NCBI RefSeq assembly: GCF_009914755.1
Contig: NC_060929.1
Origin: the human T2T-CHM13v2.0 reference genome, Homo sapiens
Reading direction: 5' to 3' (one strand)
DNA: 64,000 nt
Part shown: piece after piece, positions 12,320-26,620 of the stretch
Numbering within the stretch: the stretch's first letter is position 1
Layout of the letters: each line of letters opens with the position of its first letter
Notes under the pieces: model-generated
Seen by the model: the letters and a program-made list of their open reading frames with translations, nothing else
Databases searched by the model: none
Told to the model about the DNA's origin: nothing
Program-made: the position numbers and the translations under genes

Positions 12320-12592
12320 AGGATGCAATATTACGCTAGGTAGAAGGAATAAGTTCTAGTGTTCTATATTACTGTAAGATGACTATAGGAGACAATACTA
12401 TTAATATATAGCTTCAAATAGCTAGAAGGAAGATATTGAATACTCCCAATACAAATAGATGATAAATGTTTGAAATGATGGATATGCTAATTAGCCCAAT
12501 CTGATTCCTATATAGTATTGTATCAAAACATCACTATGCATCCAAGAATGTGTGCAATTATTACTTGTCAATCAAAAATACAATTAAAAAAC
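12320..12592 (+). mobile_element. L1MA 3' end fragment
   Basis: GAAGGAATAAGTTCTAGTGTTCTAT...AAATAGCTAGAAG...ATGATAAATGTTTGAAATGATGGATATGCTAATTAGCC with an A-rich end. Confidence 0.8.
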
Positions 12593-13869
12593 CATTTAGA
12601 TACAACAGTAAAGAAGACAAACTCTTCAGCAATATTCTCTAGAGAAAGAAATTAAACCTTTTCCACTGAATATGATGAGGCACTTAAACACACACATTTG
12701 GACTTTATTTAATGTAGGATTAAATACCAACCAATATGTTTGAAGCAATTTACTACTAAGAGAATAAAGTCTGGAGAGAGTTCTAAAAACAAAAACGAGT
12801 ATCTTTTCTCCTAAATAACCATGCAGAAAACGATGACACATGATAAATTTTTGGGATCAAGGGGAAGGAGCAAAGGAGTAGGTGGCACTCTGTATGGTGG
12901 CTTTTCTTTTACTGGGTTTAAAGCAAGTAACCAAACTACCAATATACTATAGAAAAGGATGATGCTTTCATCTTTATTCCTTAAGTATGCAATGTTTTAA
13001 TAATGATTACTTTTGTCAAATTTTAATTAAACAAGAAATTTAGATATGTCATATAACTAGATAAATTTATTACTATAACAGTAAAAAATTAATATATCTT
13101 AGTTTCGTACCTATATTAAATTCTTAGAGAAATCAGCTTACACTGTTAGCATAAGAAGCATAAAATCCTACTATTTAAATATGAGGATGTTTTATTGTTC
13201 TTTAATAAAACTTGAAAGTTTTTGGAATGTGGGGATTCCCTTTGGAAATTTTGGTATGTTACATATATTACTGAAATTGAGCTGAATTTGGGGAGTGTAA
13301 AGTTTGATTCTTTTTTTTTTTCAGTGCAGAGTTGCTAAGATTTTATCACCCCTCATTTAAAGCCCTTTATTAACTCTTCATTTAATGAGATTCTAATCCT
13401 GTACTACGGCATATGTAAGAGCCCTCACATTTACTACTCCTTCCTATCTCAGTAGCTTTATTTGCCTTTCCACTGTCTCTATATTAGTCACATTTAGCTC
13501 TTTCTATTCCTCCATTATGAATGACTAGGTATTTTAATTGTCAGTAACTTTCTCAGTTAAGAGAGAGAATCAAGTCAATTTTATTAAAGTTATATATTTT
13601 AAAAACAGGTAAGATTACTGATCTATTACATAATTGTATCCACAATGGCAGGTTTTTCTTTTGTTTCTGAGCTTCACAATAAATGGATCATAAACATATA
13701 TTATCAAATTACTTTTTTGATTGATTTTCTCTTCCAGTTCATTGTAACTGGAAGTTGTAATTTAATATCAAGATTTGAATATACAGTAAACATTCAAATG
13801 AAGCATATCAATAAAACAATTGTGTTGCTGTAGAAATTAATAATGGCCTATGTCTTGACTTCTTTTTAT

Positions 13870-14480
13870 TCCTATTGGTACCCTGCTTGCCCATGTCCTT
13901 ACTGACTCTCACCTCAACCACCACAATAGCTTCCCCACTGACTTCACCACCTCTTCCGTTCAAAATCTGTCATTACCAACTGCCAGAGTGATCTGGGAGC
14001 ACAGACAAGACCCAGCAGGTAGTACCCCTGTGCAAAGTAATCCTTCTCCTCGTGCTTATAAAATCAAGTCCATACTCCTTAGGTTGGTATATTAAGAAAA
14101 CCAGGTCGGGACTAGTATTCAAACCAACTCACCTTGATAGACTTTTCTCTGTTATAGATTGTAAAATCAGTCAAATGAGAATCCCTGAATTACTTAAGTA
14201 TTTGCGGCACTTTACTGATGGCATTCTTTTTATTTTAGCTTGGTATTTTCTTTCCATCCACTCTGTCACAACTCAAATCCCAGCTCAGTGCCACAGTGCT
14301 TGAAAAATATTTTTTGGATGACTAACTGGTTCCTTTATTAAGCTTCTCTTACTCCTTTAGTAAAATGTAACCTCCTTCTTGTCAGTATTTGCAAGTTGCT
14401 TGAATATCATGATAGCCAAGTCGTTCTATCTTATGACACAGTTAATTATACACATATAACCCCTCTTCTAGGCTTTGAGC
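13870..14480 (+). mobile_element. Degraded L2 remnant
   Basis: CTGCCAGAGTGATCT and ATAAAATCAAGTCCATACTCCTTAG motifs. Confidence 0.4.
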
Positions 14481-17400
14481 TCCCTGGAGCTGACCTCTGT
14501 CTTGATGGCTTTAGGCTTCATGGTGGTATTAAAAGATGATATGTACACACAGCTCCTGGGGTGCAGGCGGCGCTTTTAGAGCTACCTTTCATAAGATAAG
14601 ATTTTAAGTTCAGGAAACTGTAGTTTGTTTCCGCATGGTCATTGTTGGATCATTCAATGCATATTACCTGAACCTATTAGAGAAGGTTTTATAAGTTGCA
14701 GGGCTAACTTATCTGTTACGGGGATATCCTTATGTCCTATGTTTAGGGCATTACCTTCAAGATGTGGAGGAAATTGGAAAACAAAATTTAACCTGAAGGA
14801 TGCTCTATGAAATAGGAGCAAAGAGTTTGCCGTGGTTTTGGGAGATATTTCACTCAGTCTGGGGAAAAGCTTGAAGAAGTGATTTATCATCATATCAAAT
14901 ATCTGGCATTTGAACAGTTTTTCTGCTGGAAGCAAAGTCTATATCTTTTGGAAATACAGAACATGCAACTCTTCCCTTTTGCCTGTGTCTCACCCTAGAT
15001 TTGGAGCTCATCTGTTTTAACAAGACAATAATTATCTCAGACATATTATAGTAAAATTGTTAGCTGCTTAATTCTCCCTTTTAATTTGCCAGTTGACTTA
15101 AATTGGAGTTGAAAGGCATATTTAAATTTGTTATCATGACTGAATCCTGGAGACACTGTGGGCTTTTCACTGGAAATCTGGGGTTATTGTGGGCTTATCT
15201 GTAAACATGTTTACATGGAATCTTTAAAGGTTGCTACTTCTGGAGATGACTATGTTCATCTATTTCATATTAGGTCTCTTTTTTTTTTTTTTTTAATTTC
15301 TGAGGGTAACCCTTAACTCTTGGGTATACCCTATGGGAGGCTTTTAGACCACTCTTATCTTTTCACACCCCCATGGCCCATGGCCCATGAGTTTTGCATT
15401 ATGCACCATAGATACCTGAGAGTCTGATAAATAAAATGTACTATTTAGTTTATATTATGAAACAATGAAATAATCACATATATAAATAATAAATATAAAA
15501 ACAAAATATGCACTGGTATTTAAGTCAATGTAATGTGATTTTTTTTTTTAAAGGCAAAAGACTTCTAGGGTAGACCCAGGGATAGCTTTTAACACATTCC
15601 TTTCTGCCAATACATGCTGCTGAGTCCTTTCGTAATTTAGTACAAAACACACGACTGTTGGAAAAGTTTCCTTAATCTTTCCTTACTGAATCAACACAAA
15701 TTTGTTTACTCTTATTTATAACACCCTCATTGTATGTGTACTTGATTCATATTATTTTGAGCTTTCTAAGACTCAAAGGATTTGTGAAGTTGTGGTGGAA
15801 GACAGACATCTTCTCTTCGAACTTTGAAAGAACAGGAGTACTGATTGCCTAAACTTGTTAGAAAATAATACATATTTATTTTATTTTTACTTATACTTTG
15901 TTTTTACTTATGGTTTGATCAGGAATATCAGCAGTAATTCATACATTGAGAAAATGGTTTAAGTGTTAAATAACACATTCACATTGTAAGGCACAGACTA
16001 ATGAAATAAAAAAATTTAAACAAGCAAACAAAACTTACCTTCCCATCTGCTAGAGCATCAAGTAATATTCACATAAAATGAAACAAAAACCTCCTGTCTT
16101 GCTTGACACATGTCACAAATATATTCTGATGCATATGTAATGGACAGCATTTCTGAGGCTTAGGTTCAAGATAGAGAATACTCTTATTCTCCCCTTAATG
16201 AGAAACCACAGAATGCAGTTCTGAAGCCCTCAGAATTGTCATGACAGGGCGTAGAACAACAGATGGTCCCTCAGGCAAACTAATCCTATGTTATTTAATA
16301 CCAAAAGCAAAACTGTCAACTGTTTCAGGGAAAACATAGAGCCCGGAACCAAAGAATTGATGAGTAAACATGAAAGAAATTGATTTTGAAATATTTGGTT
16401 TGAAATGTATTTTAATTTTTCAGTCTAAACACATATTGTTGCTGATTTGGAATCCTAAACCACTGTTTGGATTTTAAAAATAAGTGCTTTGGAAATTGCT
16501 ATGAAGAAAACTCTTTCAAGAAGGCTTTCACTGACAACTTTAAAATGATTCCAGATAAAATTAATTATAATAAATTAGTTTGAAGTTATTGTTTGAGTGT
16601 TGGTGTGTGTGAGCAGCAGGTTAAAAGAAGCAACTCCTTCAGAAATTTAATAAATACATTTGAAACCTATGGCATTTTCTTAGAATTTTACATATAGTAG
16701 GTTCATCTTAGACCCTCTTTAAGAAAGTTTTCTTATTTAGGAGGAGAATCTCATTAGATTCATAATGTTATGGTGAAATTCCACTCTGAAATACCTTTGT
16801 TCTTTACAAACAGAAGTTCTGCTTTTTATTAAGATTTATTTTAAAAAATTATAAGAAGTACTCACAAGCTTTAAAATAAAGGTAATTCATGTTCCTTGTA
16901 GAAAATACAAGTAGTATAAATATTTGTAATGTAAGAAATAAACTTCTTCCAATACTACTCCCTAGAAATCACCACTATTACCAATTAGGTGAGTAACTAT
17001 TCTTCCTTTTTTATATTTATATGTGATATATGTGTTTACATACTCATAATTTTTTTACTAAAATATAATATTTTTGGAAATATTATTTTGAAATTTGGCA
17101 TATCAAAAAATTTAAATTAGTTAAACTAAAAGCTAGATTTTAATCTAGGATCAAAAACAAATTAAACTGTTTTATTTTCTAAGGGGTTAAAAGAGGACAA
17201 AGAAAAAGCTATTTTGGTGGTATTTCATATTACAATAAGAAAATCTTTTATAGAGGTGGGTGAAATGAAAGAGAAGAAATATTATAGTAAATATTTTTAA
17301 ATAAATTTACTCAACTAAAATTAAATGCCTGTTATCTGTGAAGTTCTGTGCTAGTTTTTGTGTCTTCACACACAAAAAGATAGGAACTGGGTCTTAAGTA

Positions 17401-18999
17401 ACTAATTAGCAAGACAGATGAAAAAAGTAAAAACAATTACAGAATAGTATTAAGTAGGGAGACATGGAAACACAGAAAGCATGCAACCCTCTTGGATAAG
17501 TAAGAAAGGGCTCCTAGGGTTTAAGTTCCTTCAGCTTTGGGTATTTTTTTAAAGTGATTAAAGTGGTAATTGGTAAGGACTTTGCATTACAGAAATTAGA
17601 TGCATTCATAAATGTCTAAAATAATCTCAGGGAAGTGAGAGAGGTATCTGACCCAGGGACATTTAAAAGTTTGTTATTCCTGGTTGATGACCCACATGAC
17701 TCTGGAGACCCTGTCTTAGTAATGAAACAAATCAACAGGGTTGTGTAGTTTGTCCTGCAGAATCCAGGAGACCTACTGGCTAAAGGAACAGGAGCACAAA
17801 GCTCTGAATTTATTCAGGGTTAAGGTGGAATGAAAGCTAACAATGAGAAATGATGGATCATGAACTACAGGCTGCTCAGTGAAGAAAATGAGAAAAAGCA
17901 GATTGATAGTGTGAAAAAAAAGATTAAGGGACTGGACGATTTTAATGATGTGGAATGACACTTATAATGAAAGTAAGGTAGTGAAATAATGGAATGTTTG
18001 GGGCAGAAAAAGATAATTAAATATGATTCCAGAGGTGGAACTGTTCTGGGTTGTGACAATATGGGTGTGGATGGCTGAAATGGAATAAGGTCAAAGTTCT
18101 ATAAATTGGCACGAGTTTTAGTTTCTAATATGACAACATTCTATAAAGTTAAAAGGGGATTTATTTCTAATACTTTGTGTCATACATTAAGTCTTTTCAG
18201 ATTAGATTGGGTACTTCCTTTAAAGGAAAGGAGGATAAATTCACCAGCTGGCAATTCCTTAAACACAGGTGCTATTTACAATTGTATCTTGTATTATCAG
18301 TGCTCAGCCTAAAGGCTGCCAATAGAAGAAACCTAGTAAACATTTACTGACTAAATGAACAAGTTAATAAATTAATAAACAATAAATTACAAAATCAAAG
18401 CTGGGACTAAAACCAATTAATGTTCATTCATGACCTTTTAAGAATTCTCCTTCTTAAAAGATTGAATTATACTGTGAAATGTTTCTTTTGGATTTGTTAT
18501 CACAGTTGGGAATATAGTGAATTCAGAAGTCATTTGGAATTGTAAAGTACCATTTTTCATTTAAGCTGAGATTTTGTAAAATAATGGACTCACTGAAGCT
18601 GATAATCATTTTGTGTTAATCTGATATAAAAGTGAAATTACCTGTAATCCTATGTGTATGTGATTGAGTTATATAAAGCAGTCTTCTAGAATACACAGAT
18701 GTGCCGTATAAGTGTCGCATCCCACTCCAAAGCAATAAACACTCTCATAAATGTTTGACATCACTGTCTTGAATCCAAACAGAAGGTTTTAGGAGTGTAG
18801 AGTAATTAAAATGGTATTTATAAAAGTTTGCAAATGTTGCACCGAATTGCTTATTTTACTTGAGACAGAATTTACAAATGTAGAATGCAAATGAGATAGA
18901 AGGAATTTTATGGATGTTTTAGAATGTGCCACAGCTTATACGGCTGTAAAAAATGGGAATGTCTTTAAAATACAATTTAGTGACACATTTATCATTAAC

Positions 19000-19120
19000 T
19001 CTTTTTTTTCCTTCCTCTCTCCTTCCCTCCTCCTTCATCCCTTCCTCCTTCCCTCCCTCCCTCCCTGTCTTCCTCCCTTCCTTCCTTCCTTGTTTCTCTC
19101 TCTCTCTTTCTTCTTATTCT
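19000..19120. repeat. Polypyrimidine (CCTT/CCCT)n low-complexity tract
   Basis: Directly visible. Confidence 0.9.
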
Positions 19121-19404
19121 TATCAAGATAAATTATTAAACATGTCAGAACTCTGATTGATAAATCCCATGCTTGGAATACATCATAAATAATTATGTTT
19201 TTTCTTTTATTGAAAGATAACACAAATTGACCTTTTCTAGGTATTTCTAAACACCTAGAACTTTTGCTTTAATATTCCGTGTCGGTGATCTCTCCTTGGT
19301 CAGCAGGTCAGGTTTGGTTTGGTTTGTTTCTTTTTTTTAAGAGGGAAAAATAACTAAGATTTTTTATTAAATTTGTTGAGGAAAAAATGACTCAATATGA
19401 ATTT

Positions 19405-19407
<3 letters not shown>

Positions 19408-19441
<34 letters not shown>
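19408..19441. repeat. (CA)n microsatellite
   Basis: Directly visible. Confidence 0.95.
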
Positions 19442-19443
<2 letters not shown>

Positions 19444-19496
19444 CCTTATGAGTAAATGTTGAACTAAGAGAATTGCTGATTACATCTTTTCTTTAA

Positions 19497-19733
<237 letters not shown>

Positions 19734-20659
19734 AAAAAGACTTATTTAAGTTAACCTTTTGCACAGGAATCATCAGTAACCAAAATATTCACTTCTTTAC
19801 ATTATTTTAAATCAAAATGGAATCAACACTATTTTCTACTGAGCTTTTTAGCAAAATAGTTAATTTTTTTTATATCATTGGATGATTTCCCACTTAACAC
19901 ATATTAGGGTCTTGATAATATGTATAGAACAATTTGTTTGTTGGGACAAATCGTATCCAAATACTTTGAAGAATTTATTCCGTATTTTGGGAGATTGAAC
20001 AGCTCGGCTGGCCCAGTGATTACTTATGAGGGTATGATATGGGGGTACTAGCTGTGCTTGTATTGTAGATCTTAAAACCCTTGTTTTAATGTTTTATACT
20101 ACACATGCTTCCAAAAAGGTTGAAAGCAAATTATAAAATTTGGAGAAATACAAAATATCACTTAAATATATAGTGACTAGGATTTTTATGACAAGTAAAA
20201 AAAATCTATTTCAAATTTTTGAACAGTTTTCACAGATAGACTCCACATATATTAATAGCTATTTATTTATGTTTAATGTTTTCTTTCACAACATTAAGCA
20301 CAAATTGAGGTACTACTTTTAGAGTTAAAGATCCATTAATATTTCTAATCTTAATAATAATATATATTATGCATTTATAACATGTTTCTAGTATTTTATA
20401 ATAAAATTTAGTGCATTTCCCTACTAGTTTGGCACTATGATTTTTTAATCTTTGATTTTTTAAAACAATAAGCAAAGCATTTTTTTTACAAATTCTTATT
20501 ATAGCTTATAATTTCAAGTAACTAAAGATTTAAAAAATATGGATTAAATATGAAGTTTTTAAAAAATTAGGCACAGAAATGACAAAACATGTCCAGTTTA
20601 ATTAACATTTTGACTCTAAAATTAAATAGCCAGATTTTTATTAAGCATTTGAATGTTTT

Positions 20660-20835
20660 TAGAGTACCTGGGTTCAAATGCTTTTCTTAAGTCTTCTTAA
20701 CTCTATGGTCTAAATTCTTTGACTTAAATTCTATGAATTAAATTCTCTGAACATCACTTTCTTCCATAAAATGATGGTAATAATAGCTACTTCTAAGTGC
20801 TATGAGGATTAAATAAAGTGGAACTTTCACAGTGG
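20660..20835 (+). mobile_element. MIR remnant
   Basis: ACCTGGGTTCAAAT...TCTCTGAACATCACTTTCTTCCATAAAATG...TGAGGATTAAAT. Confidence 0.6.
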
Positions 20836-21074
20836 TTGATGAATCCTTGCTCTTTCATCAGAGTTAATGCAGCTAGAGATTAAGGAACAAATTGGTAGTT
20901 AATGGAGGAATCATAAATTGTTGGTCCCTGCTTTTTGCTTACCATGCCATAGAAGCAATAGGATTCTAGATTTGGGCTTCTGAGCACCCGATAAGGGCCT
21001 CAATACAGTGCTCCCCATAACTTTCAACTATTTGCATTTCTGTGCTTAAGAGTTTTTCTTTAAAAGGGGAAGGC

Positions 21075-21373
21075 CACTCTCTGTATAAAGCTAGGGAGAA
21101 GTACAGGGGATTGAATACCCTCTGGGAGCAGCCTTTGGCCATTGATGATGGAGTTAGCATACCTCAGCCACCTTGTCCTTTGGGAGGGTGTGTGTCCTAA
21201 GCTCTAGTTGTTCTCAGTATTATTTGGCTTGATGATGTAAACCTTACTGGCTGGCTTCCTTTCCTTGTCTCACTTCCCTGCTGTATAGCAGTGATTCCTG
21301 CACTTCTTAAATGAATTATTTGCACACAAATCCTTGCCTCTGGGTGTGCTTCTGGGGAATTCCAAACTAAGAG
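21075..21373 (+). mobile_element. LTR16-family (ERVL) LTR
   Basis: TTCCTTGTCTCACTTCCC and 3' end TTTGCACACAAATCCTTGCCTCTGGGTGTGCTTCTGGGGAATTCCAAACTAAGA. Confidence 0.7.
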
Positions 21374-21519
21374 AAAGTTCATATAAATTCAACAGTCACT
21401 TCTGTCATTCAGCTAAGATTAATATGAATTATACTATTGATACATGCTGTAAGAAAGTTAGGGATAATAGCTTTTATACATGCTGTAAGAAAGTCAGGCA
21501 TAAAATTCAATCAGGACAC

Positions 21520-22260
21520 AGATGAGGGAAGAATTAATTATTAAGTTTGTCTAGGGCTCAAATCAGCCTGTTGGGAGGTGGGGATATTTGAGCTGGCTTT
21601 GGAGGATGAGAAAGAGTTCACATGCATCAGAAGTGGAAAAAGGTATTCAATTCAGTTGAAATTGCATGAGCAAAGAATAGGAAGTGAAAAGGCATAAAAT
21701 ATTCTGAGAATGATGAGTAGCCTAGTGTGGCCAAAGAAAAAGGCAGGATGGTTTCAGGGAGAAATGGCTGCTTATTGGCTGGGGCCACATTGAAAAAGGC
21801 TGTCTATGCTGAACTCATGCTAGTTTCATTCTTTGGCAGTGGGCAGGCATGAAAGCTTTTTGAAGATAATAGTGACTTGATTACAAATGTCCTTTTAAAA
21901 GAGCAGGGAATGAATTTAGCTAGGACATGACATGTGCCAGAAAACCATTTAAAAGTCTATTGCTATAGTCTAGAAACATAATGAAAGCTTTAGCTAGTAT
22001 AATGGCAATTTGAATGGAAAAGAGTTTACTGATGCTTCGGCTAAAAAATTGAGAAGATTGGAGACAAATAGTGGGGGAAGAGTCTAGGACTCTAAAATTC
22101 TAAGACCCTAGCATTTCTAGGTTAAACAAATATTTGAATTGTAATGCTTTTATTACCATGTTAGGAAATTCAGGAGAAAGTGAATATGTAATTACAAACT
22201 GATAATGAATGTAATTTTGGACATAACATTTACACGTAGAGTGAATTTAAGGTGGTAGAG
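21520..22260 (-). mobile_element. L2 remnant
   Basis: GGAGGTGGGGATATTTGAGCTGG...GCATGAGCAAAG...CTATTGCTATAGTCTAG purine-rich antisense L2 pattern. Confidence 0.55.
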
Positions 22261-22279
22261 CAGGCAGGAAAATTCAATA

Positions 22280-22950
22280 TCAACAACGGATTGGAATAAA
22301 GAAGGCCCCTGTACTGGGACCTGTGCTTATGAGGGCTGCCTTTGGGTTGTCCTCCAGCTGTGTGTCCTCCAAGGGGCAAGAGGTTGTGTCCATCTAGGGC
22401 CTACACTCTGGCCCTTGTGTATTTAGGACCCCATAATTCTCTGCTGAGATGACTCCAAGCACATTTTCAGGGTCTGTATAGGCCTTTATCTAAGATCTTT
22501 CCTCCCAAGGGTGGACCATGTTAACCTGTTACACATACCTGTGCCCTAAGAGGAGCCAATGGATAGCCATCTGCTGTAGGAATTAAAGGGCTGAACTTGG
22601 ACATGCAGGCTGAAGCGCCCATGCAGGACACTTTGGTGTATGTTGGAGTTGATGTTGGGAGGAGAAAGAGGGTAGGCCATAGGATGAAGGTTAGGAACAA
22701 GCTCTTCCTGTAGTATCAAGTTCCTCTAGTTCCTGTAGTATCTACAGAACTTTAAGAAATCCAAAAACTCTAAATTCAAACTTGGACTGTCTGATTATTA
22801 TGAATCATCTATTTCAAATTAGAAAGACAGCATATATTTTATTTAGTAGTTTGTTAGCTTGATTTAATTACATTTAAATATTTAGACAAATGGTAAATGG
22901 ATTTCTTTGTACTCTTAGTTCAGATCCCACAAATATTAGGAACAGACCTA
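22280..22950. mobile_element. MER115-like hAT DNA transposon fossil
   Basis: CTAAATTCAAACTTGG...TATTTTATTTAGTAGTTTGTTAGCTTGATTT...TTTAAATATTTAGACA...TTTGTACTCTT...CAAATATTAGG. Confidence 0.6.
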
Positions 22951-24594
22951 GTGAAATAAACAGATTTGTGTGATGATGTATAAACCTAGGTGAGATAGCA
23001 GTTGAGATGGAAAGGAAGAGAAACTGAAAGATATTTCTTAAAGTACACTTGGAGTTAAAGATGAAATTGAGCTTCAAAAGTATCTTTTGTTCATGGCCAG
23101 CAACAAAAAACAATTATAGAGTTTAAAAACAATATATTAAATTTGGTTGACATTTCTGTCTTTAAGTCACATATTGGATGTTTTCTATTTCAGTTTTCTT
23201 TGAATTAATCAATATGAAACTGTTTTGAGCATTATGGTTAATGTGATAAAGACACTCTATTACTCACTTTGGGCTTATTTCTCTGGATAACATTTAAAAG
23301 CCTCTATTATAGAACTGATGAAAAAAATGTTTTATTGAGCTAGATTTATAAATTTTATCTAACAATATAGTTTAAAAATATTACCTTTTTATCATTAGAG
23401 CATAATATAGAAAAACTGGAAAATGAGACATTTTCATGTCTGGCTAAGTGAAGATACTACTTTCCTCCTCAGAAAAAGTTATGTATGTCACCTCTGGTGC
23501 ACATTTAACTTATAGAAGAAAAAGCCCAGCAACGTTATAAAAGTGTCTTTACAAAGAATGAAATTTCTTTCTTCAAAGACTGAAAGTCTTTTATCAGCAT
23601 TAGGATCTAAATTGCTCAGAATTTTTTGTGTACGTTTTATGGAATTCATTTTCATCATATTGTATATCTAGTTTTTATAGATTTACACATTTATACATGT
23701 GAGTTAATTTTCTTGGATTTGACTTCATAAAAAGTAACACTGGAACCTCAGAATAATCTCTCATTCTGAGTAAATTAAAGCAGGCTGCTCTGCTGACTTT
23801 GTGTCCAGCTGGCTAACGGCTTAAACAGGAAAGGGACTCAAGGAGATTCAGTGGTAGGTATAAGATAAACATGCTCTTGTTTATGTTTTGCTGATACTCT
23901 GTTTGTTTAGAAGTTGGGAAATTTTTTTCCTTGCTTTGGGCTGTTCTTTTAAAAAACCAAACAATCACCCAGTATGCCTTGTGGCTTTGATCTTTGTTTT
24001 CATATTTTGTTATACAAGGCTCAAAGTCTTACAGCTTGTTTTGTTTCATACTTTGTCAGATCATCCTTTCTCTGCACATATTACTTACAGATGGCTGAAA
24101 GTAAAAAAAAAAAAGGAAAGGTAGAGTGTCTTAAAAATTGACATCTCCCACAAATCCCAGGAGACTGTTGTATAAATATTGGCATACTTTTGCAGGTGCT
24201 AAAAGGGAATTCTGTGGCCTTTCACCTGGCATAATTAACTTCCTTGGCTTTCCCACTGTTTATCGTGTCTTTTCCTAACCTTTGTTTCTCACAAGAGTGC
24301 ACTTGGGACCAAATTGAGTAAGATGTACAGACACCTGCATGCTTCAAGGCAAACACCAAACTTCATTCAAGCCCCAGGACAAAGATCCTGCAAGACTTCA
24401 CTGCAGATTCCCCAAACGCCCTTCATGCTGGGGTGATAAATCATATGAGGATATGTAATCAGTCTCCTGAGGAATACTGCAGTGATTTGCTAATTTTGAC
24501 ACTCACAGAAACATTAGTACCTTGGGTGACTTAAAAGCGCAAGAATATATTTTTAAATTTGGTTATGAAACACGATGTATATATGTTTCTTTTT

Positions 24595-24771
24595 AAATTT
24601 TAATTTAATTTTATTTCATTTTTAGAAACAGCATGTTGCTGTGTTGCTCTGGCTGGAGTGCAGTGGTATGATCATAGCTCAGTGCAGACTTAAACTCCTG
24701 GGCTCAAGTGATCCTCCTGCCTCAGCCTCCTAAAGCATTGAGATTATAGGTGTGAGCCACTGCACCCAGCC
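24595..24771 (-). mobile_element. Alu monomer (FRAM-like)
   Basis: Single arm GGCTGGAGTGCAGTGGTATGATCATAGCTC...GTGAGCCACTGCACCCAGCC with a T-rich tail on the left. Confidence 0.85.
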
Positions 24772-25449
24772 TTTGTATGTGTTCCTGTGTGTCTTCCTGG
24801 CTCATATTTTAGTAGTCTATGGGAGGTAGTAGCTCCTCAATGGAAAGTGGGCTGAACTGAATTATTAATATTACAAATTTTTTGAAGTTTTATATTGGGA
24901 AGACAAATAATATTTACATTTAAAGTATGCAGATCCAACAATACTGGTTATTTCTTGAGCACATGCATGCTCAGTACGACAGCACAATATATCTAGATTT
25001 CACATATTTAATTTTCAGTTTAATTTTGATTCAATATCTTCTCACTGTAAAATATTATAAATTGTCTTCCAGTGTATATTCTTGGGGCCAATGACAAGAA
25101 TAAAGTTTGTGAACCCACACTTCGAATTAAAGGTGTATTCAAAAATACTTTTCTATTCTGAATGAGATCATGTAAATGTATGAATTTCTGACTAACAATT
25201 TCCTTCTATATCCTCTATTGAGATAACTTAATGGGAAGTCTGCTGGCAAAGGAGTCTGGGAATGTTGATTGCAATGTCATACCCAAAGTATCTTAGAGTA
25301 GAGTAAGAGAGGGCAAGACTCTTTTATCTTCTCTTCAAAAAGGGGAGCTACAGATTCCTAATGGTCACATTTTCCATTTCTGGATAACAGTTATGCAGTC
25401 TATCTCAAAAGAGAAGGAATCATGAATAGAAGAAGATATGTCTTTGCTC

Positions 25450-26620
25450 TAAATATCTCGGTGTCTGTACTACAATTCTTTTGTTCAAGCTTGCCAGAAT
25501 CTCTATACAGCATCTTTATTTACCACAAGTACCATTAAATCTGTGGGTTCATATGGCCCAAGTGGCAGAGCAGCTTACAGAGGCAGCCCAGCCCTACTGC
25601 AGAGCCTTCCTTTTCCCTAAGCCCCACTGAAATAGAGCCATCTTATGTGTTACTTAATATATGGATTGGAGTAGCACATTCCAATATATTATGTGTTATT
25701 TCTAATATCAAATGAAAACTTTAGATCCCAATGACTCTTTTGTAGCAACAATTAGTGCAAGGTGCAACAATTGGTCTGTTACTTTTGAAATATTTTTCGC
25801 ACATGCCCTAGACCACTGGGCCCTCAGAAACTTCATAGTAACAAGATGGAATTTTCATGGGTTTCTTTGCTATCTTATGGCAGTCACGTGTCTTACAACA
25901 ATACGAGTCACTTTTTGTTTGTCTGGTTCAACCAGCATGATGTCATCAATGAAATGGACCAGATATTCTGTGGGATGCCAAGATGATTATGATCTCTGCA
26001 GACTAAATTGGGTTAGAGAGCAGAAGAGTTGACATAACTCACTGAGGTGACAGTGCAGGTGTAGTTTTGTCAATTCTGGGTGAGAATGAACTCTGTCTAA
26101 TTATGCTTTCAAATTAGTATAGAGAAAAAAGCATTCGTCCAATCAATAGCTCTGTATAAGGTGCCAGGTGTTGCCTTGGTTTGCTCCAGTAAGATACTCC
26201 AGGAGGAGAAACAGCAGCAATTGTAGTCATTACCTGGTTAAGTTTTACTCTCCAAGGTCATCTACCATCTGCATAGGCCAAATAGGTAAGTTAAATGAGG
26301 ATGTAGTAAAACCCACTAAATTGCATTTTCAAGGCTTTGGTTATGGCATTCATGTGTTTAGCTTCTTTGGAGATAGAGCATTGTGTTTGGTTTTCTACCC
26401 AAATGGGGAGAGGATGTTCCAGGAGCTTCCACTAGGCTCTTTCTACCATACCATATCTCATTCTAGTATCTGCGAATGTAGTGATTTAAGCCCATTGATG
26501 AGCATATTTATTTCAATTATATATCCAGAAACTGAGGAAATAACTAATGAATCTATCTGCGGAGACATATAAGCAAAGCTCCATCTATTACAATTATCAT
26601 AAGTTCCTGCGTTGGTGAAT
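25450..26620 (-). mobile_element. ERVL-class internal pol (reverse transcriptase) remnant, heavily disrupted
   Basis: Minus-strand translation gives AIDWTNAFFS (~26120-26153), QNYTCTV..YVNSSAL (~26015-26070) and LVHFIDDIML (~25933-25962), matching ERVL RT motifs DLANAFFSIP, YTFTVLPQGY and VHYIDDIML. Confidence 0.8.

Noticed and set aside
14625-14935. Possible coding exon in unique sequence
   Set aside because: No recognisable homology and no convincing acceptor/donor pair bounding an open frame
19940-20080. Short hairpin and CpG-containing stretch considered as a snoRNA or NUMT
   Set aside because: No properly placed box C/D or H/ACA motifs, and no match to RNA or mitochondrial sequence I can recall; an Rfam/BLAST search would settle it
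25712-26572. Plus-strand ORFs of 106 and 134 aa
   Set aside because: Antisense to a degraded ERVL pol; the meaningful motifs are on the minus strand and disrupted
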